This document shows, one piece after another, positions 60,300 to 64,000 of a stretch of DNA of 64,000 nucleotides. This stretch comes from Convolutriloba macropyga. Its lineage: Eukaryota. The position numbers and the translations under genes are program-made. Every line of letters begins with the position of its first letter. The first letter of the stretch is position 1. Under the pieces are notes generated by a model. The model had not been told where the DNA came from. It made no database searches and was given only the letters and a program-made list of their open reading frames with translations. The stretch lies in contig NC_134481.1 of assembly GCF_964194025.1 (NCBI RefSeq), positions 43,462,001 through 43,526,000 of the forward strand, in the 5' to 3' direction.

Positions 60300-61994
60300 A
60301 CTGTTGTCAAGTAATTGATTAACCAGCACCACCAATTTAGGAACTGTTGATGCGTGGACAAAAAACATTAATATTGTTATGTGAAGTTCAGTTTTGACAA
60401 TAACATGATAGTATCTCAGCATTTTTAAGATCTGATTCGTGATATCCAAAGTAGGTTTTACGAGCCCTTAAATTGATAAGATTAAATCAGTTCTGAAATG
60501 GTTCACGTCGCGTACTAAAAAACTTCCAAATGCTTTTGAAATGTTTTCAGTTTACAATTTATAGTTCTAGGTTCTCTTTCTCAAGCGGATCTAATTTTTT
60601 CGTTGGCTGTGAACCAACAAAGCATTCTTGATCTTCAGTTTTGGCTATCACATTTCTATCTCCTGTGACTGCGAATGTTAATCCGGAATTTGACCGTTGT
60701 CAATTGATGGAGACATTAATATAGGGAATGGTTAAAACCTCAGAATTAGGATGAGGCTTATTAACTTAATTTTTGGTAGACTTTTTGTTTGCTGTTTAAC
60801 TTCATTTTTGTTTTCCTCTTGTAGATGAAAACTTTTAAAATCCATATCAACTCCATTGTACGCTGTTTCTAAAACTCTTTCTTCTTATTTACTTTCTTTT
60901 TGAAATTTATTTAAAGAAATCTCTTTGCCGTATAAAACAAAAAAAATAAATTTGAGCAGCGGAATAAGCAAGTTGCAAAAAGTGAAATCGCTTAGAGAAG
61001 AGAAACCACTTGAAAGCTTTCATGGCGGACTAATAAGCTGTCAAAAGGCTTCAGCTGCTCTTATTTTTATTAATTGACCTTTTCTGAAAGACCTCACTAT
61101 GAACTATCACTATCTATATGCCAGAGTCTATTTGATGGAACCTATTTAAACAGAAATCCAGTACAGCAGCTTTATCATAAAAATAGAAGTAAAACTGGAT
61201 AAAAGTTTTATCATTTTGATCGAACGACAAAATTTTGTTGTACTTCTCTTCTTCCGAAGAATCGTTTCAAAATTAAATCGCTACATGCAGTATGAATTTT
61301 TTTTCTTTCTGAACCAACTATTTCGCGAACATTTTAATTTTTATAAATCACTACAAATAATCTTGTACCAGTTTCAAAATAACTTGCTTTCTAACAGGCA
61401 TCTTAGCAAATTTTAATTCCTGTTATTTACCAACCGATATTCATTCTCTTATGCAAAGTCCCAGTTGGATCTCAAGTCTTATTTCTATTTGGAAATTGAT
61501 CAATATCGTTACTTTTAATGATACTAACAGAAAATAATAATATTGGTCTTTATTAACGATTTTTATTTTGCACTATAGCGTTTTTGCCATTAGTAAACGC
61601 CACATTTTGACTGTTTTCTCAAGTTATAATGAATTTGAATACATTCCTTAATCATTCTTTGATTAAAATGAGCGCACTGATTATTAGATTATGCCAAATT
61701 TTATATTTGTGAGATACAAAATTTCTGATGTGCAACGTAGATAGTTTTCCAAAAAAACTATCCAAACATTATTTTTTGTGTTTTTTAGACAACCGCGAAT
61801 CAATCTGAATAGGCAGCGTTCTTTGCTTTCAAAAACTATGTAAAATCAATGATAGAACCCGTCCCTGATACTATTCCAGGTTCAAGTGATTTCTGAAACG
61901 AACACCCGTAGAGTAGACCGGTCACATTATACCATATCTTTACTACCAAAAATATGGTTAAAATTTTTCAGCAAAAGGGAGTATGAATTAAAAT

Positions 61995-62650
61995 CCCGGG
62001 TCGCCACTTCTTGGTAGTCATACAAGGATAATCTATGATGTCGTACAAAACATAACGTATTTCCTTATACGATTCTTGTATGACTACAAAAAAATTATGC
62101 ATGATCGCTATATTAAATCAAAGAAATCATAAGTTACAGATACTACTGCTCGTAGATCGCAAGCATTCGAAACCGATAGCTGACCAATTGCAACTGCTTC
62201 AAACCGACCTATTTCTTGTATTGAATCTTTTACAATCCCTGTATGACTTCTAAGAAATCATATATGGACCTTGTATGACTACTAGGTAATAATTTATGAT
62301 CCTTGTATGACCACTCACAAATCATATATGATCCTAGTATTACTAAAAAGAAACCTTATAAGATCTTTGTATGTTTACTACGGATTAATTCGAATCATTA
62401 ATGACATAGTATGATTACAAAGAGAAAATTTTTTTTCGGAGAAGCCTGGCAGTAATAATCAAATCAATTTGAATTCTAGCGAGTTATAGCGTAATTTTGT
62501 AAGCTTTTCCAGTCCGAGTTTGATTTTTATGTATGATCCTTGTATAACTACTAAAAAATCATACAAGTCTTATATGACCCTGTATAATTAGTAGGAATCA
62601 TACATGACATAGTATGACCACTAAAAATTTTGTATGGGGAGCAACCCGGG
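61995..62650. mobile_element. MITE-like element with CCCGGG termini and internal GTATGACTAC subrepeats
   Basis: CCCGGGTCGC at the left end vs GCAACCCGGG at the right end; TAGTCATACAAGGAT / ATCCTTGTATGAC subrepeats in opposite orientations; no clean TSD. Confidence 0.55.
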
Positions 62651-64000
62651 GTAGTTTTGAACGCAAATATATTTGATCCGAATAGGTTCAGAGCGGCATA
62701 AATTCAAAATTTTTTTCTGTTGAATTTGATTAAAAAAATGGGTCGGTTCGTCGGATTGCAACTGGTTTTGGGCAACACTTTGAACGCGCTGAGAACGGGG
62801 ACTTTTTTTCAGCTCCTTAGAATCTTTAATTAAAGATGAATTCAGTTGTAATGGGGAAATTCTGATTACCATTGAACGGTGATCATTTTTTGTGGGACAT
62901 ACGCATGGCTTTAACCGACAATTCACGATCATTCTTATTGTTTTGTGATCATTAAAATGCCGTTTTAAAATTAGGATTTTTTGAATATCATCATAACAAA
63001 ACTATAGGCTCATAAAACTGATCCACCGGAAAATTTAACTTTTGGTCAAAAAAGCGCTGTTTAGAGCAACATGAAGTAATAAGACTCTATTTCAACCATC
63101 TTTTATCGCTTGTGAAATTGCAGTGGACCAAGTTAACCTTAATAACAGTTTTGTTCACGTTTCAAATTTTGTGTTGTATCTCCTCAAGCGATTTAAATCA
63201 CCGAAACAGAGCAAAGTAAACACAAAATAAGAGCATTACAACTGTTTTTCAATTAGTTATTTAATTGTGTCCTCCCGCTTTGAGGACGAACTGCTCTCTT
63301 TCTGAACTTGATGAATAATTTAGATAAATTACTTTTTGTCCTTTGAATCTTTCCATTGTAAGAGCTCATATTTACAAAAATAAATTTAGATAGCGTGATT
63401 TTTTACACGTTCTAGGATTATAAAATGCATTATACCTCAGAAAGTTACCCAACTTTTCTTCTTAGTTTCTTTTCCATTAAGTATATTATTTAATATCAAT
63501 TTATATTATTCAATTGACAATTTATATTTGATTTCACTGGTAAAAAGTGAACCCAGGGGGCTATAAGTTGACTTTACGTGTTAAAAATTATTAATTTTAT
63601 TATTTATTTTTTGTTCATAGAATTGTTTTGTTCATACTCTAAAGCACACATTCTTACAAATGTCGTAAAAATTGTGAAAATAATCGTCAGTTGATCATCA
63701 TTTATCAGGATGATGACCTCAACCCAACCCAGGCATTGGCCAGAACTATTTGGGTCACCGACATGGTAGTTTAATTCGATGGAGTTCAGACTGGACTCAA
63801 GTTTCGGTTGCGCCATTCTGCTTGACCCATGTAAATTTCTCGCTGTCTTCCTTCTCCCTCTTCATTTGACGATTTTTTTCCTGCCAAGGCTCCAGTTTTT
63901 GTGTTTTGTATTGCCTGGTCTTTGATTATATTATGCTTTGTCTAGACTGTCATTGTCTGTTCTGAATTTTTGCGGCAATTTATCAAACAGTTATTAAACA

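Noticed and set aside
63604-64000. Minus-strand coding-like segment at the window end (terminal exon or LINE 3' remnant)
   Set aside because: No convincing motif; truncated by the window edge

Overview
AT-rich, repeat-rich eukaryotic (animal-like) genomic DNA; the organism cannot be fixed from sequence alone. It holds two protein-coding genes, both on the + strand. (1) A Sec16 (COPII/ER-exit-site scaffold) homologue is encoded by one uninterrupted 9.86-kb ORF (14043-23900). (2) A five-coding-exon sulfite oxidase (SUOX; 36220-57308, about 579 aa) has consistent splice phases and intact cytochrome b5, Moco and dimerisation motifs. The rest is mostly transposon-derived. There are two families of non-autonomous Helentron-like elements (HINE/DINE-1-type architecture: short subterminal inverted repeats, a 3' hairpin, then TATGTT), a decayed FLYWCH-MULE (Mutator) transposon, probable decayed Penelope-like retroelements, MITE/foldback elements, and nested 2.9-3.1-kb tandem duplications in the first 11.6 kb. 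The most striking structure is in SUOX intron 4. A Mutator element sits inside a Helentron-like element, and the junction (host intron + Helentron 3' hairpin + Mutator end) is amplified as an 8-copy, ~830-bp tandem array with homogenised inner copies. Other leads: a 13-bp motif (GTGACTTACCTCA, an antisense splice donor / U1-5'-end-like sequence) conserved across otherwise diverged HINE copies, and recurrent acidic di-tryptophan motifs in the very long Sec16 N-terminus. All family assignments come from motif recognition by eye, with no database search. No wholly new system is demonstrated.
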